Source of the DNA: Octopus bimaculoides
Taxonomy: Eukaryota
Assembly (NCBI RefSeq): GCF_001194135.2
Contig: NC_068989.1
Coordinates: 94,517,512 to 94,581,511 of the forward strand
Reading direction: 5' to 3'
DNA length: 64,000 nt
Made by a program: the position numbers and the translations under genes. The notes beneath the pieces are model-generated. The model was not told the DNA's origin and made no database searches. It worked only from the letters and a program-made list of their open reading frames with translations. Below, piece by piece: positions 1 through 13,033 of the stretch. Numbering within the stretch: position 1 is the stretch's first letter; every line of letters begins with the position of its first letter.

Positions 1-159
1 TTGGTTATGAAACACGTGTAATCTTTTTATTATATTTATCTTATGATATTTACTTTACTTTATATTATACTCATTTATTGTGCTTTTAATTATTAATTTT
101 TCTATATGTGATAGTGGATTTTCATCGATGAGTTCTTGAAAATTGGTTATTTTCCCTAA

Positions 160-193
<34 letters not shown>

Positions 194-239
194 TTGCGTA
201 TGTATATATCGTAATCAGTAATCTGCAGTTGTAAATAGA

Positions 240-390
240 TAACCCTTGACGGACTGGCCTTCCGCCTGGAATATTCGCCTGGTCTCCCTGCCAACGGGAT
301 AGTGTCATTCGAAATCTAAAGCAATGGGAAGCGAATTGTGATTACCGTTGTGTAACAATATCCAATCATCTGGTCAATATACTATGATAC
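240..390. repeat. Decayed fragment of an interspersed repeat (SINE-like tail)
   Basis: GC-richer island (ctaaagcaatgggaagcgaattgtga...) in AT-rich DNA resembling a cephalopod repeat tail from memory; no second copy seen in this window. Confidence 0.3.
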
Positions 391-864
391 TGTAATATGA
401 ATACAAAGAGCTACACGTTATTTCTTAGTCCGAGTTTATATTTTAACTGTTGGTTAATTAGTTACATTCATCAGAATTCACATGTAAACACGTTATTATT
501 ACACGATACTTCGGTAGAAATTATAATATTTTGTTTTCTGGTTTTTGTTCTTTGTCTATGGTTTCATATGTAGAACATGTAATAATAAAGAATAAAAGAA
601 AGTAAGGTTATGAATGCTCGGTTTTACTAACACATTCGAAAGTGTTTCTGAGTTCTCAAAGTGTTAATGACACTTTCAGCATTTTATGCAAGAAAATTTG
701 TGAAAATTGTACGCACCTCGGGAAATAATGCGTTGGACGGCGAAGGGGGAGGGGTAGAATGGAGGGGGTGATAAGACGGGAAAATAAAGTTTGAGTAAAC
801 AATTTAAGTCTGAAAAGTATTAAATAACCACTAATTGCTTAGTGAGACATGGAGTAACTAAAGT

Positions 865-1070
865 TAAATCGATAATGCAAGCACAAATACACACGCACAC
901 ACACACACACGCACACACACACTCATACACACACGCACACACATATATAAGTGTGTGTGTGTGTGTGTGTGTGAGTGTATATATACATATATGTATATAT
1001 ATTATGCGTGTGTATGTAGTGTGTAAATGTATGTATGTATGTATGTATGTATGTATGTATGTATGTATGT
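865..1070. repeat. Compound microsatellite (CA)n/(TG)n/(TATG)n
   Basis: Directly visible. Confidence 0.95.
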
Positions 1071-1619
1071 ATAAGTATGCTTATGGGTCTCTGAAATTTC
1101 TGTTCAGAAAACATCGATGTCAACTTTCGTCTTATTATTTATTTATTTGTAGGTTGGAATGAATAATCAACAATTCAGTAAAAGAAATTGTTTAAAGTCT
1201 TAGGACGTTGGACGCTATATCTGTCTTGTACCTCTTGCTGCTCTTAGTATCCAGATGCAACGAATTCGGCGATGTGATACAAATAATAATGCGTAGCGGC
1301 ATTGTCTTTCTTGGGAACATCGCCGTTGTTATGGAAAGGGAGTCTTCGATATTTGATGAACTGCACGAAACACGTTAGTCTTCCACTAAACACCCTGCAC
1401 AGTATATACCTTGGAGAACATTAACCATGTGCAGAAATTCATTCTGCGTTCTCTGAGGCATTCTATGGGGTACTTTTTATCTAGAATATTTTGTTCATGT
1501 CTTGCTCGTCAGGCGTCTGGGGCTCCTTGCGGAATTTGGTAGAGGGTTCTTGAGAAAAAGTGACGTTCTTGACCAGACACTTATCAATACATACGTACAT
1601 AGATTAAAAAGAAAAAAGA

Positions 1620-2075
1620 GGAATATTGGTGGAATGTCCTAGTGTAACCTCAATAATATATAAGCACAGCAGATCTGATATAATGATTTGGGATAGAGAA
1701 GAGAAACTGTGCACAGTTGTGGAAATTAGATTCCCAGCGGATATTAACATAAAGTTGAAGATCAGTGAAAAAGAGAACACCTATGCTGAGCTACTGAGAG
1801 ATCTGTAGTTACTCTATCCAGATTACAAGTTAAGGTTATATCTGTAATTATTAGGCCCATGGGGGTACGTAACACTCTGCCTTGAGAAAGTAGGATTCTG
1901 AAAACCAGAAAGGAGAAGGCTAATTCGAAAACTGCATATCCAATCCATCACTGGAAATGTAAAAATCTGTAAAATTTTCCAGAAGTTTATCATTTAAGTG
2001 TGTATTAGCATGTCTAGATATGCAACTATATACATGCGAATACATACATAAAACAAAGAAATAGGTACATACATA
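1620..2075 (+). mobile_element. R4/Dong-like non-LTR retrotransposon 3' end: restriction-like endonuclease domain remnant plus 3' UTR
   Basis: Translation KHSRSDIMIWDREEKLCTVVEIRFPADINIKLKISEKENTYAELLRDL...IQSITGNVKICKIFQKFII* matches the R-(P)D-x-E RLE domain and C-terminus of R4-clade elements; stops and frameshifts present. Confidence 0.75.
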
Positions 2076-3170
2076 CAGATCATTTGAGAGGAGCAGTTGC
2101 AGGTGGAGACGATGGGATTGCCAGGGTTGTTGGGCCTGTGGATTTTGATGAGGAAGTAAATAGTGGGGGTGCGTGATGTACGGACAATGAGGTTGCAGAT
2201 GGTGGGAGAAGACGGGAGGAGGAAATGAGGACATGAATAGCGGAGGACACAGTCTGTTGGTAGTTAGACGTGGGGTTGAAGGGGAAACAGTAATAGAAGA
2301 GTTTCAACCTTGTAAATGCCTGTGCACCACACCACTACTGATCTACCTTTGTCGACCGGTTTGATGACGATATCTGTGTGGCGTCGTAGAATTTGAAGGG
2401 CTGAGAGTTCCGCCGAAGAGTTGTTGAAATGTCGGGGACAACTGCGAAATGTGAACCGGTCCACAACACGTTTCCAGATGCTTGCAAATTAGTCAACTGC
2501 TTGGAACTGGCCAGGAGCTGGCATCCAGTAGGATGGTCGGAGATCCAGATCGGTTACACGGTCTTCTTCATTTGATGCAAGTGGAGCGTTTTGGAATAGT
2601 CAATGAAGCCTGATGGGGCACACAAAGTGTTGGATATCAGCATGTGTCTGAAACTCGTTACTAGACGTAGTAAAAAAAGAGCAGTACAGACCTTTGCTAA
2701 GAAGAGAGCGCTCCGCTTCAGAGAGGAAGAGATCAGGAGGAATGGTAACAGTCGACTTAAGTAGGGGGAGGAGGTGTTAGGTGGGAAGGCGGTGGAAGGC
2801 TGGGAGAGAGAGGAGAAACCGGTGTGTGGGAGGGTTGGAGTAATGGAAGGGTGGGAGTGAGGATGAGGGGAGAGTGGATCGGGGAGAGAGGGGGAGGGGT
2901 GATTGTAGTGGCATCGGCTGGGACAGGATGAAAGAGGGAAGGGAGGATACTTTGCTTAGTGCGAGCGAGAAAGTCGTGGAGGACGTGGCTTAGGTGGAGG
3001 ATAAAGCATAAGGTGGGATTTAGACAGCAGGGAAAAAAAGGTAGAATAAGCGAGAGAAAGAAGGCGGTGGAGGGTGGGTATTTTGGAGAGATTAGAACGA
3101 ATAGTGGCAGGAAAGTGGTGCGGAGTGTGGGTAAGATGGCAGAGGCAGAATGGAAGGTAAAGTGAGATAA
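2075..3170 (-). mobile_element. Penelope-like element fragment (N-terminal region plus start of RT), decayed
   Basis: Minus-strand pieces LSEAERSLLSKGL, IVIKPVDKGRSVVVW (cf. IKPADKG) and TPTIYFLIKIHRPNNPGNPIVS (cf. LPKIHK..PGRPIVS) are PLE RT hallmarks. Confidence 0.85.
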
Positions 3171-4482
3171 CTAGATCAAAACAAATACTTGATCATAATT
3201 TACTTACTCCTAGTTTCATACCTTAATTCTTAATTAAACACATTCATTAGAAAATGTAATCACAGAGCTTGGTTCTTATATGATACCACAAAATGAAATA
3301 AGAAAACGTTCTTCAGAGTAAAACTAATAAACAAAATCGATTTTCTAACAGAAAATATAACAATGAAGAAAACAAAATTGACAATATTATAAATACTAGT
3401 TTGGTTTCACTGATACATTCGAAGTATTTATAATCGTTTTTAAAATGCCAATAACGCCTGGTGTTTCCTGTAATATAGACAGTTTGTGATTTTTTTTACA
3501 TATCTACAACTCCAACGCTGGACAATAAAGAGAGAAAAATATCACATTGTCGTTAGATTCAAAATATCACATTGAGTAAACATTGTTCTCGTCTAATGAA
3601 TGCCTAATTAATCTCTAATTAAGACACGTAACTTGAAGTAAATAAGAAATAATCATCAGTATATGTTAATATATCCGTGTGTCTACGTGTGTTCCTGTGT
3701 GCCTGCAGGTCTGTGTGCATTTACACACGGGTCTGTATACTCAATGTGTAAACAGCAACTGACACTGTTCAAATTCGATACACAACTTTTTGGTCGATGA
3801 AATCAAACTTCAGTCAAAATATACTCCAGAAAAGACTCAGATTGTGTAATATTGCACTATTATTCTAACATATCACATTGGTAAAACCGAATATTTATAG
3901 ACAGGCATGGGGTGACGCATTTTGCTACATTTGTAAATTTGTTGTCTAGTATTACTAAGAAATGAAAATGCTTTGCAACACCAGATTTACTCATCGCAGA
4001 AGATAATATCACTTTAAAAGAAATTTAACATTATCAGAATTTGAAGTTACAGAAATAGGAATAGCCAGAATATGTTACATGAATATAAAAATAAAAATTA
4101 TGATAAATTGAACCTTGGAAATGATTGAAGAAGAGTACATACCACGACAAAATTATAGCCCCGGACTTACAAATATGCACAGCAATAAATCGATAAGACA
4201 ATGTAGAAAATAATAGAAAATAAAAACCGAAATATAATACCGCATATCACTAAAATAGAATGACATACTCTCCACCAGGCAGTGAAAAGACGCACCAAAA
4301 ATAGAAACTACAAAGATACTCAGAACGAAAATTGCATATTTTCCAGAAAGGTAAGTCAAAGCAAAAGGTGTTAAGGTATTAAAGAAAGAATATGAAATGA
4401 AAGTAATCCATAATATAGTCATTCATACATATATAGTAATTATAACAATAATCCTTGGATGGAGTTTATAAACATTTAATGA

Positions 4483-4605
4483 ATCGCTACGCGCGTTTCC
4501 ACAAAACATATGGCACAGTACACGTTTCTGAGATAATTACGGTGTAGGCCGTAGTATCCGTGGGCATTGGGTTGATCATCTTCGTAGATTCATTTCTTCA
4601 CATCC
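4483..4605 (-). repeat. Interspersed repeat, copy 1 (inverted relative to 4999-5095)
   Basis: Reverse complement aaatgaatctacgaagatgatcaacccaatgcccacggatactac aligns with aaatgaatccatgaagattatatacccaatgcctatggatactac at ~5010. Confidence 0.7.
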
Positions 4606-4998
4606 TATTTAGGATGCTATACACTTTACCACCAGAAACAATTAAAAGGTCACAACGAGAAAGTATAATTTATCAAGTTAGACAAAGAACCCCAAGAGCC
4701 GATGTCTGTGGTGGCTGTACCGGCTGACCTGTTTAATTCAGAACTCATTGTAGATAGTCATGCCTTAGATGAAATCGACCAAAGGAATGTCCCACCCATT
4801 CTTGACAACTGCAGACTGAATACCAAACTAAGTCCTCCAACATCACCACACCTCCCTCCCTTATAACTACCATTCATCCCCTCTTTTCCTCACATTCCCC
4901 TCTTCCCCAACAAATACACACAGAAATACCCATTTAAACAACCCACGCGCTGGTCAAAAGGGATAAACAACCCTCAGTTAAACATCCACTAATGTTAT

Positions 4999-5095
4999 AT
5001 CGCCTGAAGAAATGAATCCATGAAGATTATATACCCAATGCCTATGGATACTACAAACTGGACTGCAATCATCCCAAGAATATGGAGTGTGACCC
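4999..5095 (+). repeat. Interspersed repeat, copy 2 (begins ATCGC-CTGAAGA)
   Basis: Homologous to the reverse complement of 4500-4600. Confidence 0.7.
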
Positions 5096-5350
5096 TAAGA
5101 GACATGGGATTTGTGTAAATTCCAAGCATTATTGTTATTATTACTATATTATAGGCACAAGGCCTTTTGCTTATAAGAGAAAAGGTTATTACTGCTATAT
5201 TTATCGTACATTATATCGGTATATCTCGATGAATTCCCCAAAACTGGTCCACCAGTCAGCATCATTAGACTTTGGCCGGCATAACCGAATAGAAATCTCA
5301 CTTGCATATTTGAAACGTTTCCCGTTAACAGATTTAAAATATACATATAC

Positions 5351-5432
<82 letters not shown>

Positions 5433-5725
5433 TACAAATAGAGGTTACATACCTCATTCAGGGATAATAAAATCCTACGAAAATACTGGGTAGTTACCTC
5501 TACAAAAAATGTTGAACATTACGTTTGATACTCAACTGCAAGGTAACTATATAAACCGTAGTTTATATATCTTTATATATTATAATAACATAAGAAAATA
5601 GAAATATCATTTATTAATTTAAAAATTTACAAAAATCCCTTATAGCTGTTTCAAGGAACTGAACGCTTATTTTGTAAACCTTAAACTACCTCTAAAGAGA
5701 TTCGACTTTCTAAAGTCTGTCATAC

Positions 5726-5766
5726 CAGCCATGACGAAGGGAAATAGCCCTGAAACTCGAGTCGCC
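5726..5766 (+). ncRNA. Degenerate minimal type-I hammerhead ribozyme motif
   Basis: aTGACGA - AGGG aaatag CCCT - GAAA - CTCGAG - TC; helix III is the palindrome ACTCGAGT; position 3 is A and helix I is weak. Confidence 0.5.
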
Positions 5767-5869
5767 TTTATATATATATATTTATATTTATATAAGCAAT
5801 GTTACTTCTCTAAATGAAGTATTAACAGTAACTGCACGATAAAGTGTAGTATATTGCCACTTAAGTGTG

Positions 5870-5965
5870 GCTGACCCCTAGGGGTGGATGTTACTGTTGC
5901 TTTTAGCCCCAGGAGGACATCTCCTCCAGCTGGCTTATCGACACACGACTGTGTCCTGTTTGCCA
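5870..5965 (+). mobile_element. Half copy of the fold-back MITE family seen at 28803
   Basis: tgttgcttttagccccaggaggacatctcctccagctggcttatcgacacacgactgtgtcct matches the left arm of 28803-29002. Confidence 0.65.
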
Positions 5966-6999
5966 AGGGAGTTATCCCTCTCACCTCGACCAGCAGCACG
6001 AACGTATCCGGATTTCAGGGTTATTTCCCTTCGTCGGCGTTCGACAGNNNNNNNNNNNNNNNNNNNNNNNNNNNNNNNNNNNNNNNNNNNNNNNNNNNNN
6101 NNNNNNNNNNNNNNNNNNNNNNNNNNNNNNNNNNNNNNNNNNNNNNNNNNNNNNNNNNNNNNNNNNNNNNNNNNNNNNNNNNNNNNNNNNNNNNNNNNNN
6201 NNNNNNNNNNNNNNNNNNNNNNNNNNNNNNNNNNNNNNNNNNNNNNNNNNNNNNNNNNNNNNNNNNNNNNNNNNNNNNNNNNNNNNNNNNNNNNNNNNNN
6301 NNNNNNNNNNNNNNNNNNNNNNNNNNNNNNNNNNNNNNNNNNNNNNNNNNNNNNNNNNNNNNNNNNNNNNNNNNNNNNNNNNNNNNNNNNNNNNNNNNNN
6401 NNNNNNNNNNNNNNNNNNNNNNNNNNNNNNNNNNNNNNNNNNNNNNNNNNNNNNNNNNNNNNNNNNNNNNNNNNNNNNNNNNNNNNNNNNNNNNNNNNNN
6501 NNNNNNNNNNNNNNNNNNNNNNNNNNNNNNNNNNNNNNNNNNNNNNNNNNNNNNNNNNNNNNNNNNNNNNNNNNNNNNNNNNNNNNNNNNNNNNNNNNNN
6601 NNNNNNNNNNNNNNNNNNNNNNNNNNNNNNNNNNNNNNNNNNNNNNNNNNNNNNNNNNNNNNNNNNNNNNNNNNNNNNNNNNNNNNNNNNNNNNNNNNNN
6701 NNNNNNNNNNNNNNNNNNNNNNNNNNNNNNNNNNNNNNNNNNNNNNNNNNNNNNNNNNNNNNNNNNNNNNNNNNNNNNNNNNNNNNNNNNNNNNNNNNNN
6801 NNNNNNNNNNNNNNNNNNNNNNNNNNNNNNNNNNNNNNNNNNNNNNNNNNNNNNNNNNNNNNNNATATATATATATATATATACGTACACACTCACACGT
6901 GCAAAGCTACAAAACTCTAACGGGTTTCGCAACAGCATACATTTCCCTCACATCTCATATGCACGACCTGTTGGCTAGAACCGTAGACAGAGTGTCAAA

Positions 7000-7960
7000 A
7001 TATAAATCATTCAAGAGCAGCTACTGGTGAACCCAAACATTGTTGAAGGCATTAACAGAGGGAAACATATTTAGCATATATAGGACTGAATGCCGAAAAG
7101 CTTTCGATAGTAAACCGCAAACTCTGATAGTTCAAGAGATCTAATGCTACAAGGAAACAATTTTGCTAAGTCAACATAGAAAATGTATCCCGTATCGTTA
7201 AAGGCAAAAAGGAAGTGAAATATTGAAGAGAGTCTACGGGTTCCCTAAGATATTCTGCCAACATTTGTTCCTCATTACGAGATCAGTTGAATTATTAGAT
7301 GTGCTACAATCAAATTAATAAGTATTTTCCCTATATATAAAGTATTTTTCCTAAAATATTTAAAGAGACCATACAGAGTCACAAAGCCTACTAAACATTT
7401 ATTCATATTTCCTACCAAGACATAAAGATAAGTACAGAAGTAGTCATATGTGCCAAAGTTACTATAGAAAGATGCAAATTAACTCGTCGAAAACATTAAA
7501 TTAGATAGAGATACCGAAATGAAGGAAGTAGAGCAGAACTGCACATATAAACATTTAAGTGTAGATAAAACTGATACGGTACAAAATAGAGAAACGAAGG
7601 AGAAAATTAGAATAGAAAAGATTACAATAGAAGAGAAAGATATTGCAATCTGAACTTGGTGCGAGTTATATATAAGATAATAGATATATTCGAGACATCA
7701 CTGTTATAATCTATATCTTCAAATTGATAAACAGGAACTTAAGTGAACTGAAGTGCTTTGAAAGAAACATCAGGAAAACTACTAACAGCTTTGTAAAGCC
7801 TCCCCCCAGCACTAGAATGTGATATGGATAGAATATACCTAATTTACACACAAGGTAGAGACGGCGTGATACATAAAACAGTACCACAATGTAACAGCGA
7901 GACTAGAAAGATACTTAGAAGCAAGCAAAGAGAAATAATTTATTGTAATAAAACATGAAA
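7000..7960 (+). mobile_element. Highly decayed R4/Dong-like LINE, RT thumb region
   Basis: CAKVTIERCKL, EVEQNCTYKHLSV, KEKIRIE and DMDRIYL..QGRDG correspond to CAKVTIERGKL / TYKYLG / KEKIRKEY / DVDRLYLPR.QGGRG of R4-clade ORFs. Confidence 0.65.
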
Positions 7961-8161
7961 GCATCAAAAATCTCTTTCTTAAAGGCGTGAAAGTGTGGTA
8001 AGAGAACTTATGGTTATCGTTGATTGTGTACCAAATAAATTCCACAATATCGGTTCGCACCATTCAAGATAGACTTAAATAACTACGCAGAAATCCTAAG
8101 GTAACTATATGTTGTCTTTTACCTTAGCGTGTTCTCTGATTTAATATCTTGTTAATTCAGA

Positions 8162-8400
8162 AGGCAATGAGCTGGCAGAACCGTCAGCACGTCGGGCGAA
8201 ATGCTGAGCGGTATTTCGTTTGCCGCTACGTATTTCGTCTGAGTTCAAATTACGTCGAGGTCGACTTTGCCTTTCATCCTTTCGGGGTCGATTAAATAAG
8301 TACTAGTTGCGCACTGGGGTCGATCTAATCGACTTAATCACTTTGTCTGTCCTTCTGGGTCTTCTCTATGTTTATCCCCTTGTGGACAATAAAGAAGTAA
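8162..8400 (+). mobile_element. tRNA-derived SINE, family 1
   Basis: Head gagctggcagaaccgtcagcac (A box), gagttcaaat (B box), body gaggtcgactttgcctttcatcctttcggggtcg; several copies in window. Confidence 0.85.
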
Positions 8401-8634
8401 ATATATTGTTAATTCAGAGCATGCATATAAACTGTTTTGTGCTTGGCGTTCTCGAACGCTTGAACAGGAATGGTCAAAAGCCGGCTGTCAAACTTGTCAT
8501 TGATCCAATCCCAGAATCATTTCTTAGGCAAAATTGGTTGCAGCTGTTATTACTTTCTCACACGCGAGCTGATGCCTGGCAGTGCGTTAGAAAACTCTTA
8601 TTGGCTGTGAATGGTATTTGTAATAATAATCATG

Positions 8635-8900
8635 TAAAGGGTAACGACACCCTCCGGTCATTTATGACCATGGGACTGCGCCTAGAAAGTTCCCCTCCGA
8701 AGCACAAATCCTGGCAAGGTTGTTTATGAAGACCTGCAGAAGCCCATGCATACCAGCCTCCCCTCTCCATGCCACTGATGTTATCTAAAGGAAAGGCAAA
8801 GACCGATACAGCTTGGCACCAGTGACGTCCCAACGCATTTCTACAGATGAGTGAACTGGAGCGACGTGAAATAAAGTGTCTTGCTCAAGAACACAACACA
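8635..8900 (-). mobile_element. SINE, family-3-related (head missing)
   Basis: Contains gagtgaactggagc..gtgaaataaagtgtcttgctcaagaacacaac, shared with 49375-49430. Confidence 0.7.
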
Positions 8901-9351
8901 AGAAGAAGAAGAAGAAGAAGAAGATTAGGGTTAGGGTGAGGGTTGTTTTGTCTTGGTATAAAAGATGAGGCACGGCAAATATTCTGCTCTATACCACATA
9001 TTTGTTTATCAGTTGTCTGACCTTCACCAGTTGAGCATGTCCCTTGGTGGTTGACGATATGTGCATCTCTCATCACGAGCCATGCGTTGAGAGGAATTCT
9101 TTAAAGTTCGAGTAATTCACCTTTTGAAATATAGGTGTTTCGTTCAACATCCTTAAACAGCCCTTATTCAGGGACCTTTTCAACGGGTTGGGTTACTCGA
9201 CATGAAGAAAATTCTAATTGGACCCCACCTTCTAGCTCATGAGCTATTGATCTTGATATGAGATCACCATGTCTTGTACATATGGTATAACGTACATACC
9301 ACGAAGCCTATCGTCCGGCGCGCTAACGACTCTGCCAGCTCACCGCCTTCT

Positions 9352-9386
9352 TGATGATGATAATAATAATAACAACAACAACAATA

Positions 9387-9422
<36 letters not shown>

Positions 9423-9426
9423 TTGT

Positions 9427-9466
<40 letters not shown>

Positions 9467-9482
9467 AATTATAATAATAATA
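9352..9482. repeat. (GAT)n/(AAT)n microsatellite
   Basis: Directly visible. Confidence 0.95.
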
Positions 9483-9875
9483 ATGTTTTCTTTATTTGCC
9501 TTATTAGAACATACAATGACGAAAATAGAAAGACACAAACGGTAGCAAACGGAGGGGTTTACCGAGTAAACATATAAAACAATAACAAAAATTAACAATA
9601 AAATTAAGCAAATACAATTTCCCAGTAAGTGTGGGGGAGACTTCCAAGGAAAAATCGCGCAAATCCCACAGAAAATTACTTAGTGAAGTTTTTTCTCTCC
9701 CTTTTACTCCACTTAGAAGCGCATGCTCAGAGCAGGCCCGTTCACACGAACCATGCTCGCCTCTCACGTCCACCTTTCCATATATTTGCTAGAGTGGAGC
9801 ACCTCCCTCTCCACTCTGATCCGCTTCTTCAAGTGGAGCCTGAAAAAGTTGATCAGAGATTCGCCAGAGGGGAAA
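9482..9875 (-). mobile_element. Tx1/L1-like LINE 3' end with 3' UTR and simple-repeat tail
   Basis: Minus translation GESLINFFRLHLKKRIRVEREVLHSSKYMERW*EASMVRVNG resembles Tx1-type ORF2 C-termini; followed by a T-rich UTR ending aataaagaaaac plus (ATT)n. Confidence 0.5.
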
Positions 9876-9989
<114 letters not shown>

Positions 9990-10422
9990 NNNNNNNNNNN
10001 NNNNNNNNNNNNNNNNNNNNNNNNNNNNNNNNNNNNNNNNNNNNNNNNNNNNNNNNNNNNNNNNNNNNNNNNNNNNNNNNNNNNNNNNNNNNNNNNNNNN
10101 NNNNNNNNNNNNNNNNNNNNNNNNNNNNNNNNNNNNNNNNNNNNNNNNNNNNNNNNNNNNNNNNNNNNNNNNNNNNNNNNNNNNNNNNNNNNNNNNNNNN
10201 NNNNNNNNNNNNNNNNNNNNNNNNNNNNNNNNNNNNNNNNNNNNNNNNNNNNNNNNNNNNNNNNNNNNNNNNNNNNNNNNNNNNNNNNNNNNNNNNNNNN
10301 NNNNNNNNNNNNNNNNNNNNNNNNNNNNNNNNNNNNNNNNNNNNNNNNNNNNNNNNNNNNNNNNNNNNNNNNNNNNNNNNNNNNNNNNNNNNNNNNNNNN
10401 NNNNNNNNNNNNNNNNNNNNNN

Positions 10423-10710
10423 GAATCTAAAAACAGAAACAATTCCTATCATAGTAGGTGCCTTAGGTATAATAAAAAAATATTCAGACAAATACATAAC
10501 AAAAACACCAGGACTTACAAATATATATAACATACAGAAAATTGCACTACTGGGTACTGCACACATTCTACGCAAAACACTTTCAATACAGTAAACATAA
10601 GAGCACCACAGCAAACCACAGCACATACCCAAGGCGCACAGAGCTGCGCTCGGTAGTGAAGTGAAAGCACGTTATAAAAATAAAACTACTGAATAATAAT
10701 AATAATAATA
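10423..10710 (+). mobile_element. R4/Dong-like LINE 3' end with 3' UTR and (AAT)n tail
   Basis: NLKTETIPIIVGALGIIKKY...IQKIALLGTAHILRKTLSIQ* is the typical PIVVGALG / QK..LLGTAHILR terminus of R4/Dong ORFs; uninterrupted in the visible part. Confidence 0.85.
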
Positions 10711-13033
10711 ACATCTATAGTTATAACATAAAGGCAAGTAAATTATTATATGAAAAAAAGCAGGTACTGCCTTGATTATTTTTGAAGTTAATAAAAGCTA
10801 GTTCACTTGTGAAACCCATAATACGAATGCTTTCCTTGCTATGTGGACAAATGTCTATTAATATCCGTTATTGATTTACTGTTCCACACACACACTTGTA
10901 ATTCAAGGAAAGAAACACAGACTGTTTATGGATCCACGTAGAAGAAATTAAAATATTAAATAAAAACAGAAAAGCCTACGTCGTTCTATTGATGCCACAA
11001 AGAACTTTTATAATTATTGATTCGCAACTACAAAAGAATCGTGTTTAATATCGATCTGTTATAATATTTCAGACAATCGATTTAATCAATAGACTAGTAT
11101 CCCTTGTCAGATTCGAAGAAATCAAAGCAAGAACTGTGCCAGAAATTTCCCCGGTAGGTGTTTATCCCATGACATCCGATTTGAAGTTAATGACATCTAA
11201 TTTGATTACAGAGTCACTTCGTGGCCTCGTATTTTACGTTTATTTGTTTTTGTCCATCTTGACGGTGTTTTCATATTTGTGGATATGTTTAAGTATTTGC
11301 TACTTTAATTAATAGCCGATGCCATAATTATTCTGTGTTCTCTTAGCACAGCAAAATCATCCCTTTGCCAGCGATGTAAGTGAAATATTGAAAATGGATA
11401 TCAAGAATGTTCAATGAGTAAAATGCCCAAAATAAGACAACGTTTGGCAAAATATATAGGTCGATCAATACAACCATAGTATTGTGAAATATATGGAAAC
11501 ACATTCAAGAAAGAAAGATAAGGGAGGTCTATCCATAATCAAGTTGTTGGAGAATTAAAATCATGTCAAGAACATATTGATCAATATGGTTTACATACAA
11601 TTTCAAAAATAGATCATATCTCATTAATACACCAAGCAATTGACGGCGTCCAGCGCCCCGGGAGATAATTATCATTTATATATTCATAATTGTTATTTAA
11701 AAGGAAAATTAATGTATAATAATTTCATTTGAATAGCAAGAAAGGAAAACTTTAATGTCCTTAAATTAATGAAACGTATGCTAATCTAGAAAAAGAAAAA
11801 CACTGTTTTGATTAATTCTTAAACGATGAAATAACTTATAAGACATCACCACTAATTTTGGTTTTGCTATAATGGAATTGTTTACCGTTATATGGAAGAC
11901 ATTCGAACATGTATGGCTACACTAAAACAATATATATCTTAGAGAGAAAATCATTGTCTGTATGGTGTTTGTTGATTTGTCTCTCAATGTGCAGAAAATA
12001 TGTAGTTCCGGGGGAAAGCCTGGATTTCTTAATGAACGAAGTCCTTATCTGAGCCAAGTGGTAAAGTTGATCCCATCATTAGAGAAGTGCATAACCTGGA
12101 AAAAGTGTCACTTAATATATCTGAACATAGTTGTTATTAAAGTAGCTGGTTTATTTACGAAATAGTTTCGAATTGTGACGAAGACCCATTCATCATCCAG
12201 AAGTTTCAGAAAGTGATTATGAACTAGCAAGCACAATGCTGGCTCAGGTGAAGTTTTTTCAACCGTAGAATAGTCGTGTTTACCAAGTTTACAGAGGCGT
12301 GCACTTTAAGCTGCAAACTAGTGAAAAATATTGAATTCATCCATGAAACGCTTCAGCTAAATATATAAATTCACTTGGAAAGACAAATCATATTCACATG
12401 AGAAAGCCTAAATACTTAGCAAGAAATAGATATCCAAGAAACGAAATTTCCGTTGGTTTCGAAATGTTCAAAGAATAGAGCAAAATGGAACATATCCAAC
12501 GTACAAGTTTCTAATGATACGAGAAATTAGAATACACCCAATCCAGCAACAAGGATGTGGGGAAAATAAACACTAAGAAACATAACAGATATTTGCAGCA
12601 GGACTTCATTAACAGAGGACAGAAACCAGTAGAGGATATCACTTAATTTTCGATATCACTTAAATTTCGATTAATCTCTGAGTAATTAGATTAATTTATG
12701 ATTCAATGCCACATAAGCAGTCATCATCGAACATCCTTGTACTGTCTATGGTATGAGGAAATACATTATAATTAAATCTACTACGATTGATATGTTATGC
12801 TACGAATGTTTTAAAATAGGATTCTGATATCACTCATATAAGATGTTTATATAATATATATATATATATGTATATATATATTATTTTATTATATGTATTT
12901 ATTTTCTCCTAGTAATAAATAACTCGGATAAAATGAATTGGTTAATAGATACCAGGGTAGCAAAGATCACAAAATAACTGTGGTGTGACTCCTGTTTATG
13001 AGGTAGAAACTCCTTGATATTTTGGGTATGTGA

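Noticed and set aside
4153-4422. 89-aa hydrophobic ORF resembling GPCR TM6-TM7 (HCLIDLLLCIFVS)
   Set aside because: It is the complement of A-rich DNA, which yields F/L/I/Y strings. There is no true NPxxY/DPxxY, no other helices and no splice support.
4490-4560. RNVYCAIC peptide resembling mollusc adhesion/Methuselah-like GPCR motifs
   Set aside because: It lies inside the interspersed repeat duplicated at 4999-5095 and is bounded by stops.
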